A stretch of 64,000 nt of DNA, taken from assembly GCF_044647545.1 (NCBI RefSeq), contig NZ_CP172818.1, one strand, 5' to 3'. The notes under the pieces are model-generated. The model saw only the letters and a program-made list of their open reading frames with translations, had not been told where the DNA came from and did no database searches. Made by a program: the position numbers and the translations under genes. Each line of letters opens with the position of its first letter. Position 1 is the stretch's first letter. Source of the DNA: Escherichia coli (GTDB lineage Bacteria > Pseudomonadota > Gammaproteobacteria > Enterobacterales > Enterobacteriaceae). Shown here in pieces: positions 36,978-47,679 of the stretch.

Positions 36978-37726
36978 GATGCACTCCCGACTGGCGTTTT
37001 CAGCCCGGAATAGTTCAACAGGCACCAGTTAGCCAGCGTCAGTATCTCTTCAGCCGCCAGCGCATCACTGCGGTATTCACCGACTGGTTGCTTAGCCGCC
37101 AGGCATTGAGCCATCGCTTCATCACGATGAATGAGTATTGGCAGTAATCGGCGCTGGCTTTGCAACCAAAGCTGGTAAATATCGTCCTGAACCTGACTGC
37201 CGATACGGAAGTCATTAATCAAAATATGCGCGCCATCCGGCAGCGCTTGCTGATGCAGTCGGATATGGCAGTTGGCATCCACATTGACGATTGCCAGCGA
37301 GTGATCGCACAAACTCAGCAGCTGGTGGGTTATCTGTGAGGCATCACGCGGTAAGTCAATTAAAATCCACTGGTAACGCCCGCTGGCTTTTAGTTGCTGT
37401 AAGCCGGAGCAAATATCGCTCAGCCGGGTTTGCCAGTGCTGTGGATTTTCTTGTTCTTCAATGGATAACTGACCAAAAGGCAGCAAATCGAGCTGCGAGG
37501 TATAGCGCAACCCGGCGTCACGCCAGTCCTGGCCATCCAGCATAGCTCTGGCCCAGCCCTGACGGTGGGTAAAATCAACGTTAAATGACAGGCGCAACAA
37601 GTTGTCCGGGCAGGCATCGACCACCAGGACATTTTCTCCCAACATTTGTAATGACCAGGCTAATGCGGCGGTGATGGTTGTTGTCCCCACGCCTCCCCGC
37701 ACCCCCTGCAATCCCAGTACGGCCAT
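36974..37726 (-). CDS. bcsQ: BcsQ (YhjQ), MinD/ParA-family ATPase of the cellulose secretion system; intact 250-aa frame
   Basis: Uninterrupted 250-codon ORF MAVLGLQGVRGGVGTT... (Walker-A-like). The stop overlaps the bcsA ATG by 4 bp (ATGA). Codon 6 is TTG (Leu). Confidence 0.9.
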   Translation of the reverse strand: MAVLGLQGVRGGVGTTTITAALAWSLQMLGENVLVVDACPDNLLRLSFNVDFTHRQGWARAMLDGQDWRDAGLRYTSQLDLLPFGQLSIEEQENPQHWQTRLSDICSGLQQLKASGRYQWILIDLPRDASQITHQLLSLCDHSLAIVNVDANCHIRLHQQALPDGAHILINDFRIGSQVQDDIYQLWLQSQRRLLPILIHRDEAMAQCLAAKQPVGEYRSDALAAEEILTLANWCLLNYSGLKTPVGSAS

Positions 37727-37737
37727 TCACCAATCCC

Positions 37738-37926
37738 CTACTTTTGTTGCGCAAACTCTGCCAGCAACGGCCAGCGTTTTAATGCCGCGGCCAACTGTTC
37801 GCGTTGGGAAATATCGGCATAATCAATATCAGGCAGTGAAAATGCCTGCTTTAACGCCAAAATATCATTCTGGAAGATATAGCCTATCGCGGGATCAGGC
37901 AGAGTATCTGGTTCATTGTTATTCAT
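37738..37926 (-). CDS. bcsR: BcsR (YhjR), small cellulose-biosynthesis regulator (62 aa)
   Basis: ORF 37738..37968 trimmed to MNNNEPDTLPDPAIGYIF at 37924-37926; 11 bp upstream of bcsQ. Confidence 0.85.
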   Translation of the reverse strand: MNNNEPDTLPDPAIGYIFQNDILALKQAFSLPDIDYADISQREQLAAALKRWPLLAEFAQQK

Positions 37927-38197
37927 TTGCTTGATCCCTATGAAATAACCGTACCGTTCATGAGACAATTCTAACTGTGAGCATTTCGCCGGTTTATTGT
38001 TTACGGCGAGACGGGAATGTGCTCACTTTTTGACTTTCCGTTACGCAACAGAAAAAGTTAAAAACGAAAAGACTAAAATCACATGTCTTGTGACCTGCTA
38101 AATTGATTCACATGCTAAATCTGATAAGTTTTAATTTCAATGGTAGGTTTATTTCTTAGCTTTCGCTAGTAAACTGATAATCAGACAAAATGTTGAC

Positions 38198-39769
38198 ATG
38201 AGGGACATTGTGGACCCTGTATTCTCTATCGGTATCTCATCATTATGGGATGAGCTGCGACATATGCCAGCAGGCGGCGTCTGGTGGTTTAACGTCGATC
38301 GCCATGAAGATGCTATCAGTCTGGCGAATCAAACAATTGCATCCCAGGCTGAAACCGCACACGTCGCGGTCATTAGCATGGACAGCGATCCAGCGAAAAT
38401 CTTTCAATTAGATGATTCTCAAGGGCCGGGAAAAATAACATTATTTTCAATGCTAAATCATGAAAAAGGTCTATACTATTTGGCCCGTGATTTGCAGTGT
38501 TCTATTGATCCCCATAATTACCTTTTTATTCTTGTTTGCGCAAATAACGCATGGCAAAACATTCCTGCCGAGCGGCTTCGCTCATGGTTGGATAAAATGA
38601 ATAAATGGAGCCGGCTAAACCATTGTTCGCTTTTGGTAATTAATTCCGGAAATAATAACGATAAACAATTTTCATTGTTACTTGAGGAATACCGTTCACT
38701 TTTTGGTCTTGCCAGTTTGCGTTTTCAGGGCGACCAACATTTGCTGGATATTGCTTTCTGGTGCAACGAAAAAGGGGTCAGCGCCCGTCAGCAGCTTAGC
38801 GTTCAGCAACAAAATGGTTGCTGGACATTAGTTCAACACCAAGAGGCGGAAATCCAACCACGCAGCGACGAAAAACGCATTCTGAGTAATGTTTCTGTAC
38901 TTGAAGGTGCGCCGCCGCTATCGGAACACTGGCAACTGTTCAACAATAACGAAGTCCTGTTTAATGAAGCCCGTACCGCTCAGGCGGCGACGGTGGTCTT
39001 TTCTTTACAACAAAATGCGCAAATCGAGCCACTGGCCCGCAGCATTCATACTCTGCGTCGCCAGCGCGGTAGTGCGATGAAAATCCTCGTACGGGAAAAT
39101 ACCGCTAGCCTGCGCGCCACCGATGAACGTTTGTTATTGGCCTGCGGTGCAAATATGGTTATCCCATGGAATGCCCCACTCTCCCGCTGTCTGACGATGA
39201 TCGAAAGCGTGCAAGGGCAGAAGTTTAGTCGCTATGTGCCGGAAGATATCACTACCTTGCTGTCAATGACCCAGCCGCTCAAACTGCGTGGTTTCCAGAA
39301 GTGGGATGTGTTCTGTAATGCCGTCAACAACATGATGAATAACCCTCTATTACCTGCCCACGGTAAAGGCGTTCTGGTTGCCCTACGTCCGGTACCGGGT
39401 ATCCGCGTTGAGCAAGCCCTGACGCTATGTCGCCCTAATCGCACCGGCGATATCATGACCATTGGCGGTAATCGGCTGGTGCTGTTTCTCTCATTCTGTC
39501 GGATTAACGATCTGGATACCGCGTTGAATCATATTTTCCCATTGCCTACTGGCGACATTTTCTCAAACCGTATGGTCTGGTTTGAAGATGATCAAATCAG
39601 TGCCGAGCTGGTGCAGATGCGCCTGCTTGCCCCAGAACAATGGGGCATGCCGCTGCCTTTAACGCAAAGTTCTAAACCGGTCATCAATGCCGAGCACGAT
39701 GGTCGCCACTGGCGACGAATACCAGAACCAATGCGACTGTTAGATGATGCTGTGGAGCGCTCATCATGA
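38198..39769 (+). CDS. bcsE: BcsE (YhjS), c-di-GMP-binding GIL-domain protein (523 aa)
   Basis: 523-aa ORF divergent from bcsR; first gene of bcsEFG. Confidence 0.92.
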
Positions 39770-39957
39770 TGACCATCAGCGATATCATTGAAATTATTGT
39801 CGTTTGCGCACTGATATTTTTCCCGCTGGGCTATCTGGCGCGGCACTCTTTGCGACGCATTCGCGACACCTTACGTTTGTTCTTTGCTAAACCTCGTTAT
39901 GTTAAACCGGCCGGGACGTTACGCCGCACGGAAAAAGCCAGGGCAACCAAAAAATGA
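39766..39957 (+). CDS. bcsF: BcsF (YhjT), small single-TM membrane protein (63 aa)
   Basis: 63-aa ORF with hydrophobic N-terminus; overlaps the bcsE stop (ATGA) and the bcsG start. Confidence 0.85.
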
Positions 39958-41633
39958 CTCAATTTACGCAAAATACCGCCATGCCTTCTTCCCTCTGGCA
40001 ATACTGGCGCGGCCTTTCCGGCTGGAACTTCTATTTTCTGGTTAAGTTCGGCCTGTTGTGGGCGGGATATCTTAACTTCCATCCGCTCCTCAATCTGGTG
40101 TTTGCCGCGTTTCTGCTGATGCCCATTCCGCGCTACAGCCTGCATCGCTTACGCCACTGGATTGCCCTGCCGATCGGCTTTGCTTTGTTCTGGCATGACA
40201 CCTGGTTGCCTGGCCCGGAAAGCATAATGAGCCAGGGTTCGCAGGTGGCGGGGTTCAGTACCGATTATTTAATCGACCTTGTCACACGCTTTATTAACTG
40301 GCAGATGATTGGGGCCATTTTTGTTTTATTAGTGGCCTGGTTATTCCTGTCACAATGGATTCGCATTACCGTTTTTGTGGTTGCCATTCTGCTATGGCTG
40401 AACGTACTTACCCTGGCGGGACCAAGTTTCTCCTTGTGGCCAGCCGGTCAACCAACGACCACTGTAACAACGACGGGTGGTAACGCAGCGGCAACCGTTG
40501 CGGCGACGGGTGGCGCACCGGTAGTGGGTGATATGCCCGCACAAACTGCACCGCCAACAACGGCGAACCTTAACGCCTGGCTGAATAATTTCTATAACGC
40601 GGAGGCGAAACGTAAATCAATCTTCCCGTCTTCGCTGCCCGCTGATGCTCAGCCATTTGAACTACTGGTGATTAATATCTGTTCGCTTTCCTGGTCGGAT
40701 ATTGAAGCCGCCGGGTTGATGTCGCATCCGCTGTGGTCGCATTTCGATATTGAGTTCAAGAACTTTAACTCCGCCACCTCCTACAGTGGCCCGGCGGCGA
40801 TCCGTTTACTGCGCGCCAGCTGCGGGCAGACTTCGCACACTAATCTGTATCAACCGGCAAATAACGACTGCTATCTGTTTGATAACCTGTCGAAACTGGG
40901 CTTTACCCAGCACCTGATGATGGGACATAACGGCCAGTTCGGCGGTTTTTTGAAAGAAGTTCGCGAAAATGGCGGCATGCAGACCGAATTGATGGATCAA
41001 ACAAATCTGCCGGTTGTTTTGCTGGGCTTTGATGGTTCGCCGGTTTATGACGATACCGCCGTGCTTAACCGCTGGCTGGACGTTACCGAAAAAGATAAAA
41101 ACAGCCGTAGTGCCACGTTCTACAACACGCTTCCACTGCATGACGGCAACCATTATCCGGGCGTCAGCAAAACAGCGGATTACAAAGCGAGGGCGCAGAA
41201 ATTCTTTGATGAACTGGACGCCTTCTTTACTGAACTGGAGAAATCGGGTCGTAAAGTGATGGTGGTCGTGGTGCCAGAACACGGCGGCGCGCTGAAGGGC
41301 GACAGAATGCAGGTATCTGGCCTACGTGATATCCCTAGCCCGTCTATCACAGACGTCCCCGTTGGGGTGAAATTCTTCGGCATGAAGGCACCACATCAGG
41401 GGGCACCGATTGTCATCGACCAACCGAGCAGCTTCCTGGCTATCTCCGATCTGGTGGTTCGCGTTCTTGATGGCAAGATTTTCTCCGAAGACAATGTTGA
41501 CTGGAAAAAACTCACCAGTGGGTTGCCACAAACAGCACCGGTCTCCGAGAACTCAAATGCAGTAGTTATTCAATACCAGGATAAACCGTACGTTCGCCTG
41601 AACGGCGGCGACTGGGTGCCTTACCCGCAATAA
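39954..41633 (+). CDS. bcsG: BcsG (YhjU), membrane phosphoethanolamine transferase modifying cellulose (559 aa)
   Basis: 559 aa with N-terminal TM segments and a C-terminal alkaline-phosphatase-superfamily domain. Confidence 0.92.
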
Positions 41634-41643
41634 GAACGAAAAA

Positions 41644-41669
41644 GGCCGCAGAGTTTCCCCCTGCGGCCT
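41644..41669. terminator. Bidirectional hairpin between convergent bcsG and ldrD
   Basis: ggccgcag-agtttccccc-tgcggcc, flanked by an A-run upstream and a T-containing tail downstream. Confidence 0.55.
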
Positions 41670-41718
41670 GATCCGGGCGCAAATTGCCATTACGGCAGCC
41701 TGACGCCCACATGACACG

Positions 41719-41826
41719 TTACTTCCGCTTATTCAGCCAGTTCACGATCAGACTGGCAAGAATGCCAGCAATGACCGGAGCCGCTAAATCATGCCAGAAG
41801 GCCATGCCCAGCTCTGCGAGCGTCAT
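41719..41826 (-). CDS. ldrD: LdrD, type I toxin peptide (35 aa)
   Basis: C-terminal 35 codons of ORF 41719..41994 read MTLAELGMAFWHDLAAPVIAGILASLIVNWLNKRK, the Ldr peptide family; ATG at 41824-41826. Confidence 0.85.
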   Translation of the reverse strand: MTLAELGMAFWHDLAAPVIAGILASLIVNWLNKRK

Positions 41827-41875
41827 ATAGCCGCCTGAGTTGTAATGACAACGTTTCGCGGCTATTCTTGAGTGG

Positions 41876-41941
41876 TCTAGAGTCAAGATTAGCCCCCGTG
41901 ATGTTGTCAGGTGCATACCTGCAACGTGCGGGGGTTTTCTC
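41876..41941 (+). ncRNA. rdlD: RdlD antisense RNA (type I antitoxin of ldrD); approximate coordinates
   Basis: Plus-strand segment opposite the ldrD leader ending in hairpin cccccg...cgggggttttct; position inferred from the known ldr/rdl arrangement, ends not verified. Confidence 0.5.
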
Positions 41942-42301
41942 TCTCCAGCAACCAATGCCACCAGGGATAAAGCCCCCGCAACATTGCGCCTCACCGGAAC
42001 CTTTCCGGCTTGCCACTGATTCTACGATTGCTTTTTACCGTCAGCACCCGGCAATCTTCCTCATTGCGTGATGCATTCCAGCTTAATTTCTTTATTTGCA
42101 ATAGTTGCAGTTCATATCCGGGCTGACTCCAGACTGGTAGTGAAATGCGCATTTTTGTAGAATTGCGCCTCCTCGCGACCTCCCCAGTGAATCTGTTGCC
42201 TCATTTTTTACATACTGCGTATTCGACTTCTCCACCTGTTGCGCAAGAGAAACTGGGTTTATTCATTTTTGCGAGGCCGACTTCTTTCTGGACAGGACTT
42301 T

Positions 42302-43573
42302 ATGCAGCACAACACACTACCGAAACACGATCAGAAAATGCCGTTTACACGCTACGACTTCGGCTGGGTTTTATTATGCATAGGCATGGCGATTGGTGCC
42401 GGAACCGTGCTGATGCCAGTACAAATTGGCTTGAAGGGAATTTGGGTATTTATTACCGCAGCGATCATTGCTTATCCTGCCACCTGGGTAGTGCAGGACA
42501 TTTATTTAAAAACCCTTTCTGAAAGCGATTCCTGTAATGACTACACCGATATTATCAGTCATTACCTGGGGAAGAACTGGGGAATTTTCCTCGGGGTTAT
42601 CTACTTTTTGATGATTATCCACGGGATTTTTATCTACTCTCTCTCCGTGGTTTTCGACAGCGCCTCGTACCTGAAAACCTTCGGTTTAACCGATGCCGAT
42701 CTTTCACAATCTCTACTTTATAAAGTCGCCATTTTCGCCGTACTGGTGGCAATTGCGTCTGGTGGTGAACGATTACTGTTTAAGATTTCCGGGCCAATGG
42801 TGGTGGTCAAAGTAGGGATTATCGTCGTGTTCGGTTTTGCGATGATCCCGCACTGGAATTTCGCCAATATAACCGCCTTCCCGCAAGCCTCCGTCTTTTT
42901 CCGCGATGTCCTGCTTACCATTCCCTTTTGCTTCTTTTCTGCGGTATTTATTCAGGTACTTAACCCAATGAATATTGCCTATCGTAAACGGGAAGCGGAT
43001 AAAGTACTGGCAACCCGGCTCGCGCTGCGTACCCACCGAATTAGTTATGTCACGCTCATCGCGGTGATCCTGTTTTTTGCCTTTTCGTTTACCTTCTCAA
43101 TTAGCCACGAAGAAGCCGTTTCTGCCTTTGAACAAAATATCTCGGCACTGGCACTGGCCGCGCAGGTGATCCCTGGGCATATCATTCATATCACCTCTAC
43201 GGTGCTGAATATCTTTGCCGTACTGACCGCATTCTTTGGCATTTATCTCGGTTTCCACGAGGCCATTAAAGGCATTATTCTCAATCTGTTAAGCCGAATT
43301 ATTGATACCAGGAAAATTAATTCACGCGTGCTGACTCTGGCGATCTGCGCTTTTATCGTCATTACGTTGACGATTTGGGTTTCGTTTCGTGTATCGGTGC
43401 TGGTGTTCTTTCAGTTGGGAAGCCCGTTATATGGCATTGTGTCGTGCCTCATTCCGTTTTTCCTGATCTATAAAGTCGCACAACTGGAAAAACTTCGCGG
43501 ATTTAAAGCCTGGCTGATTCTGCTTTACGGCATTTTGCTATGCTTGTCGCCACTGTTGAAGCTGATTGAGTAA
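42302..43573 (+). CDS. yhjV: Putative amino-acid transporter YhjV (HAAAP/STP family), 423 aa
   Basis: ORF 42239..43573 trimmed to the ATG at 42302 ([22 protein letters not shown]); polytopic membrane protein. Confidence 0.88.
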   Translation: MQHNTLPKHDQKMPFTRYDFGWVLLCIGMAIGAGTVLMPVQIGLKGIWVFITAAIIAYPATWVVQDIYLKTLSESDSCNDYTDIISHYLGKNWGIFLGVIYFLMIIHGIFIYSLSVVFDSASYLKTFGLTDADLSQSLLYKVAIFAVLVAIASGGERLLFKISGPMVVVKVGIIVVFGFAMIPHWNFANITAFPQASVFFRDVLLTIPFCFFSAVFIQVLNPMNIAYRKREADKVLATRLALRTHRISYVTLIAVILFFAFSFTFSISHEEAVSAFEQNISALALAAQVIPGHIIHITSTVLNIFAVLTAFFGIYLGFHEAIKGIILNLLSRIIDTRKINSRVLTLAICAFIVITLTIWVSFRVSVLVFFQLGSPLYGIVSCLIPFFLIYKVAQLEKLRGFKAWLILLYGILLCLSPLLKLIE

Positions 43574-43602
43574 ACCGGAGCGCACGGCCCCGGTTTTGTG
43601 AG

Positions 43603-44607
43603 TTAACGCTGCGGATTTTCATCCTGATCAACAGCAAAACAAGCTACCAGTTGACCGCCGTAGTCTTTTAGCTGCGGCTGCAACTGGGTGCAGGGGCCGA
43701 AGCGCCGACGACAGCGGGCGTTAAACGCGCAGCCCGGCGGTGGATTGAGCGGGCTTGGCAGTTCACCGGTGAGCTTGATGCGCTCGCGGCGATCGTCCGG
43801 GTTCAGGCGCGGCGTCGCGGAGAGTAGCGCCTGAGTGTACGGATGACGCGGGTTATTGAAGATTTGGTCCTTCGTTCCCTTCTCCACGCAGCGGCCCAGG
43901 TACATCACCATCACTTCATCGGCAATGTGCTCAACCACTGACAGGTCGTGGGAGATAAAGACATAAGACAGCCCCAACTCCTGCTGCAAATCCATCATCA
44001 GGTTGAGCACCTGCGCACGCACTGAGACGTCCAGCGCGGAAACCGGCTCATCGGCAATCACCACATCCGGGTCGAGCATCAGACCACGGGCAATGGCGAT
44101 ACGCTGACGCTGACCGCCGGAGAACATATGCGGATAGCGGTCGTAATGCTCGGTTTTCAGGCCGACTTTCGCCATCATCGACAGGGCTTTTTCCCGACGC
44201 TGATCTTTGCTTAAGCTGGTATTAATAAGCAGCGGCTCTTCAAGAATTTGCCCAACTTTTTTACGCGGATTTAGCGAACCATAGGGATTCTGAAAGACGA
44301 TCTGGATTTTCTGCCGACGCAACTTCTGCGCCTGCGGATCGTGCTTGAGCAGATCCTGCCCCTGGTAATACAGCTCACCACCGGTGGGCGTTTCGATCAT
44401 CGTCAGTAACCGACCGAGGGTCGATTTACCGCAGCCAGATTCACCTACTACTGCCAGCGTTTTGCCACGTTCAAGGTTAAACGAAACGCCGTCCAGCGCC
44501 TTCACCAGACGTTCCGGCGCGAACATACCTTTCTTCACCGGATAATGTTTTTTCAGGTCGATAGCCTGCAACAGCGGTTGTTGCGAGGTGGCCTCTTGCG
44601 TACTCAT
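43603..44607 (-). CDS. dppF: Dipeptide ABC transporter ATP-binding protein DppF (334 aa)
   Basis: Walker [10 protein letters not shown] and the ABC signature are visible; last gene of dppABCDF. Confidence 0.95.
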   Translation of the reverse strand: MSTQEATSQQPLLQAIDLKKHYPVKKGMFAPERLVKALDGVSFNLERGKTLAVVGESGCGKSTLGRLLTMIETPTGGELYYQGQDLLKHDPQAQKLRRQKIQIVFQNPYGSLNPRKKVGQILEEPLLINTSLSKDQRREKALSMMAKVGLKTEHYDRYPHMFSGGQRQRIAIARGLMLDPDVVIADEPVSALDVSVRAQVLNLMMDLQQELGLSYVFISHDLSVVEHIADEVMVMYLGRCVEKGTKDQIFNNPRHPYTQALLSATPRLNPDDRRERIKLTGELPSPLNPPPGCAFNARCRRRFGPCTQLQPQLKDYGGQLVACFAVDQDENPQR

Positions 44608-45587
44608 AGTGTCGGCCTCCCGGCATCATCAAGTGGGTAGTGGCATTTGGACTGACGCCCGTCAGCGAGCATATTCAGCGCCGGTTCTTCAGCGCGGCAT
44701 TTGTCAGTGGCGTAGGGGCAGCGCGGGTTAAGCAGGCAGCCGTTCGGACGGTCATACTTGCCGGGAACAACACCTGGCAACGACGCCAGACGTTCTTTAT
44801 CCTGAGCAAATTCCGGCAGCGCACGCAGCAATGCCTGAGTATACGGGTGACGCGGCGCATGGAAGATGGCGTGCGCATCGCCCGTTTCTACTACCTGGCC
44901 TGCATACATCACGATAATTTTATGTGCCGCTTCCGCCACCAGCGCCAGGTCATGGGTAATTAACACCAGCGCCATGTTCTCTTTCTGCTGTAGCTCCAGC
45001 AGCAGTTCGATGATTTGCGCCTGAATGGTCACGTCCAGCGCGGTGGTCGGTTCATCGGCAATCAGCAGTTTTGGCCGACAGGCAATCGCTATGGCGATCA
45101 TCACGCGCTGGCTCATGCCGCCGGAAAGCTGATGCGGGTAAACATCCAGACGCGATGCCGGATCGGGAATACCGACCTGATTCAGCAGGTCAATCGCCCG
45201 CTGACGGCGGGTACTTTTGTTGCCGCCCTGATGCACCTTAATCGCTTCCATAATCTGGAAACCCACGGTGTAGCACGGGTTAAGGCTGGTCATCGGGTCC
45301 TGGAAGATCATCGCCACTTCGGCACCCACCAGGTTGCGGCGCTCTTTTTCTGAGATACGCTGTAAATCCTGACCGTTAAACTCCAGCTTTTCCGCCATTA
45401 CGCGGCCCGGATAATCAATCAGCCCCATAATCGCCAGCGAACTGACCGATTTACCAGAGCCGGACTCACCCACAATCCCGACCACTTCGCCCTGTTTTAC
45501 GCTGTAGCTGATGCGGTCTACGGCGCGGAACGGTGCGCTTTCGTCGCCGAAATGCACCGATAATTTATCTACATTTAATAACGCCAT
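44604..45587 (-). CDS. dppD: Dipeptide ABC transporter ATP-binding protein DppD (327 aa)
   Basis: Walker A GESGSGKS; stop overlaps the dppF start by 4 bp. Confidence 0.95.
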   Translation of the reverse strand: MALLNVDKLSVHFGDESAPFRAVDRISYSVKQGEVVGIVGESGSGKSVSSLAIMGLIDYPGRVMAEKLEFNGQDLQRISEKERRNLVGAEVAMIFQDPMTSLNPCYTVGFQIMEAIKVHQGGNKSTRRQRAIDLLNQVGIPDPASRLDVYPHQLSGGMSQRVMIAIAIACRPKLLIADEPTTALDVTIQAQIIELLLELQQKENMALVLITHDLALVAEAAHKIIVMYAGQVVETGDAHAIFHAPRHPYTQALLRALPEFAQDKERLASLPGVVPGKYDRPNGCLLNPRCPYATDKCRAEEPALNMLADGRQSKCHYPLDDAGRPTL

Positions 45588-45597
45588 CTCGAACCTC

Positions 45598-46500
45598 TTA
45601 CTGCTTCAGTTTGGGATCGAGCGCGTCACGCAGACCGTCACCCATCAGGTTAAATGCCAGCACCGTCAGCAGTATCGCCAGACCCGGGAAGGTCACGACC
45701 CACCAGGCGCTTTGCGCAAACTGCAACACGTCGGAGAGCATAGTGCCCCACTCCGGTGTTGGCGGCTGAGCCCCCATGCCGAGGAAACCAAGAGCAGCCA
45801 TATCGAGAATGGCGTTAGAGAAACCGAGCGACGCCTGAACAATCAGCGGCGCAAGGCAGTTCGGGAAGATGTTAATAAACATCTGGCGCATTGCCCCGGC
45901 ACCCGCCACGCGAGACGCGGTGACGTAATCGCGGTTAACTTCCACCAGCACGGCGGCGCGGGTTAAGCGCACATAATGCGGCAGCGCAACGAAGGTTAGC
46001 GCCAGCGCGGCGTTACCAATCGACGGGCCGAAAATCGCCACCAGCACCAGTGCCAGCAGTAGACTTGGCAGCGCCAGCATGATATCGACCACGCGCATGA
46101 TGATGTTATCGACCAGACCGCCAAAGTAACCAGCGATCAGGCCGAGAATAACGCCCATAATCAGCGATAACACCACTACCAGACAGCCAACCAGCAGCGA
46201 CAAGCGCGCGCCGTACATCAGCCGCGACAGCACATCACGCCCCACGTCATCAGTGCCCAGCAAGTGCGCCATGCTGCCGCCTTCCTGCCAGGCTGGCGGG
46301 GCGAGCAGTGCATCGCGGAACTGTTCCGCCGGGTTATAGGGTGCAATCCAGTTGGCAAAGATCGCGATAAACAGCACGATGACGACGTAAACCAGCCCGA
46401 CAACCGCGCCTTTGTTGCGTTTAAAATAGTGCCAGAACTCCTGTAACGGGGTCATCGGCACCGGTGCGCTAATCACTTTATTTTCAGTAACCTGTGACAT
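45598..46500 (-). CDS. dppC: Dipeptide ABC transporter permease DppC (300 aa)
   Basis: ABC permease of 300 aa within the dpp operon. Confidence 0.95.
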   Translation of the reverse strand: MSQVTENKVISAPVPMTPLQEFWHYFKRNKGAVVGLVYVVIVLFIAIFANWIAPYNPAEQFRDALLAPPAWQEGGSMAHLLGTDDVGRDVLSRLMYGARLSLLVGCLVVVLSLIMGVILGLIAGYFGGLVDNIIMRVVDIMLALPSLLLALVLVAIFGPSIGNAALALTFVALPHYVRLTRAAVLVEVNRDYVTASRVAGAGAMRQMFINIFPNCLAPLIVQASLGFSNAILDMAALGFLGMGAQPPTPEWGTMLSDVLQFAQSAWWVVTFPGLAILLTVLAFNLMGDGLRDALDPKLKQ

Positions 46501-46509
46501 GATGTCCCC

Positions 46510-47529
46510 TTACTTCTTATGACGAATACGCGGGTTCACCACGCCGTACAGCAAATCGACCAGCAGGTTGACGAGGATAATCATCGTCGCCACCAGCAAT
46601 ACGCCGCCCTGCACTACCGGATAATCGCGGCGTTGCAGTGCGTCAATCAACCAGCGCCCCAGACCGGGCCACGAGAAGATGGTTTCAGTCAGAATCGCCC
46701 CCGCCAGCAATGTTCCCACCTGCAGGCCGATAACGGTCACCACCGGCAGCATCGCGTTACGCAGCGCATGGACGATAATCACCCGCATCCGGGTAAGACC
46801 TTTGGCACGCGCGGTGCGGATATAATCTTCGCCCAGCACTTCCAGCATCGAGGAGCGCGTCATACGCACAATGACCGCCAGCGGGATGGTACCCAGCACA
46901 ATGGCGGGTAGGATCATATGGGCGACGGCATCGATAAAGTTACCGTCTTCACCCCAGATGGCGGTGTCGATCAGCATAAAACCGGTTAACGGATTGGAAT
47001 CATCGAGGAACACCATGTCGCTCACACGACCGGAGACAGGCGTCAGGTTCCAGTGCACCGAAACCAGCATGATCAGCATCATGCCCCACCAGAAAATTGG
47101 CATCGAGTAGCCGGTCAGCGCCAGGCCAACCGCTGTGTGATCGAAAATGGAACCACGTTTAACCGCAGCCAGCACACCAACCGGAATACCGACTGCCGTC
47201 GCAAAAATCATCGCGCAGACGCCAAGTTCCAGCGTAGCCTGAAAGCGCGGCACGAACTCTTCCCATACCGGAATTCGGCTTTTCATGGAAATGCCTAAAT
47301 CACCGTGCATTACGCCCCAAATGTAATGGAGATACTGCTGCCACATCGGTTTATCTAAGCCGAGTTCAGCCAGCAATTGCGCGTGACGCTCTGGGGAGAT
47401 CCCACGCTCGCCCGCCATGATCATCACCGGATCGCCCGGGATCATGTGGACAAAGGCAAATGTGAGAAGGGTAATACCGATAAACGTGGGGATGACGAGT
47501 CCCAAACGTCGGAGAATAAACTGCAACAT
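46510..47529 (-). CDS. dppB: Dipeptide ABC transporter permease DppB (339 aa)
   Basis: ABC permease of 339 aa within the dpp operon. Confidence 0.95.
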   Translation of the reverse strand: MLQFILRRLGLVIPTFIGITLLTFAFVHMIPGDPVMIMAGERGISPERHAQLLAELGLDKPMWQQYLHYIWGVMHGDLGISMKSRIPVWEEFVPRFQATLELGVCAMIFATAVGIPVGVLAAVKRGSIFDHTAVGLALTGYSMPIFWWGMMLIMLVSVHWNLTPVSGRVSDMVFLDDSNPLTGFMLIDTAIWGEDGNFIDAVAHMILPAIVLGTIPLAVIVRMTRSSMLEVLGEDYIRTARAKGLTRMRVIIVHALRNAMLPVVTVIGLQVGTLLAGAILTETIFSWPGLGRWLIDALQRRDYPVVQGGVLLVATMIILVNLLVDLLYGVVNPRIRHKK

Positions 47530-47679
47530 AACCCGGATTCTCTATAATGACCCGCAGCCTGGAACTGCGTGTCTGTATTGCTCACAAATCAATTCCCGCC
47601 TTTGTGGGACAGGGAATGAAGTATTGCTGCCGGATGGCGCTGCACGCAGAGGCACAGCGCCACCGGGTATGGCTTTTAA

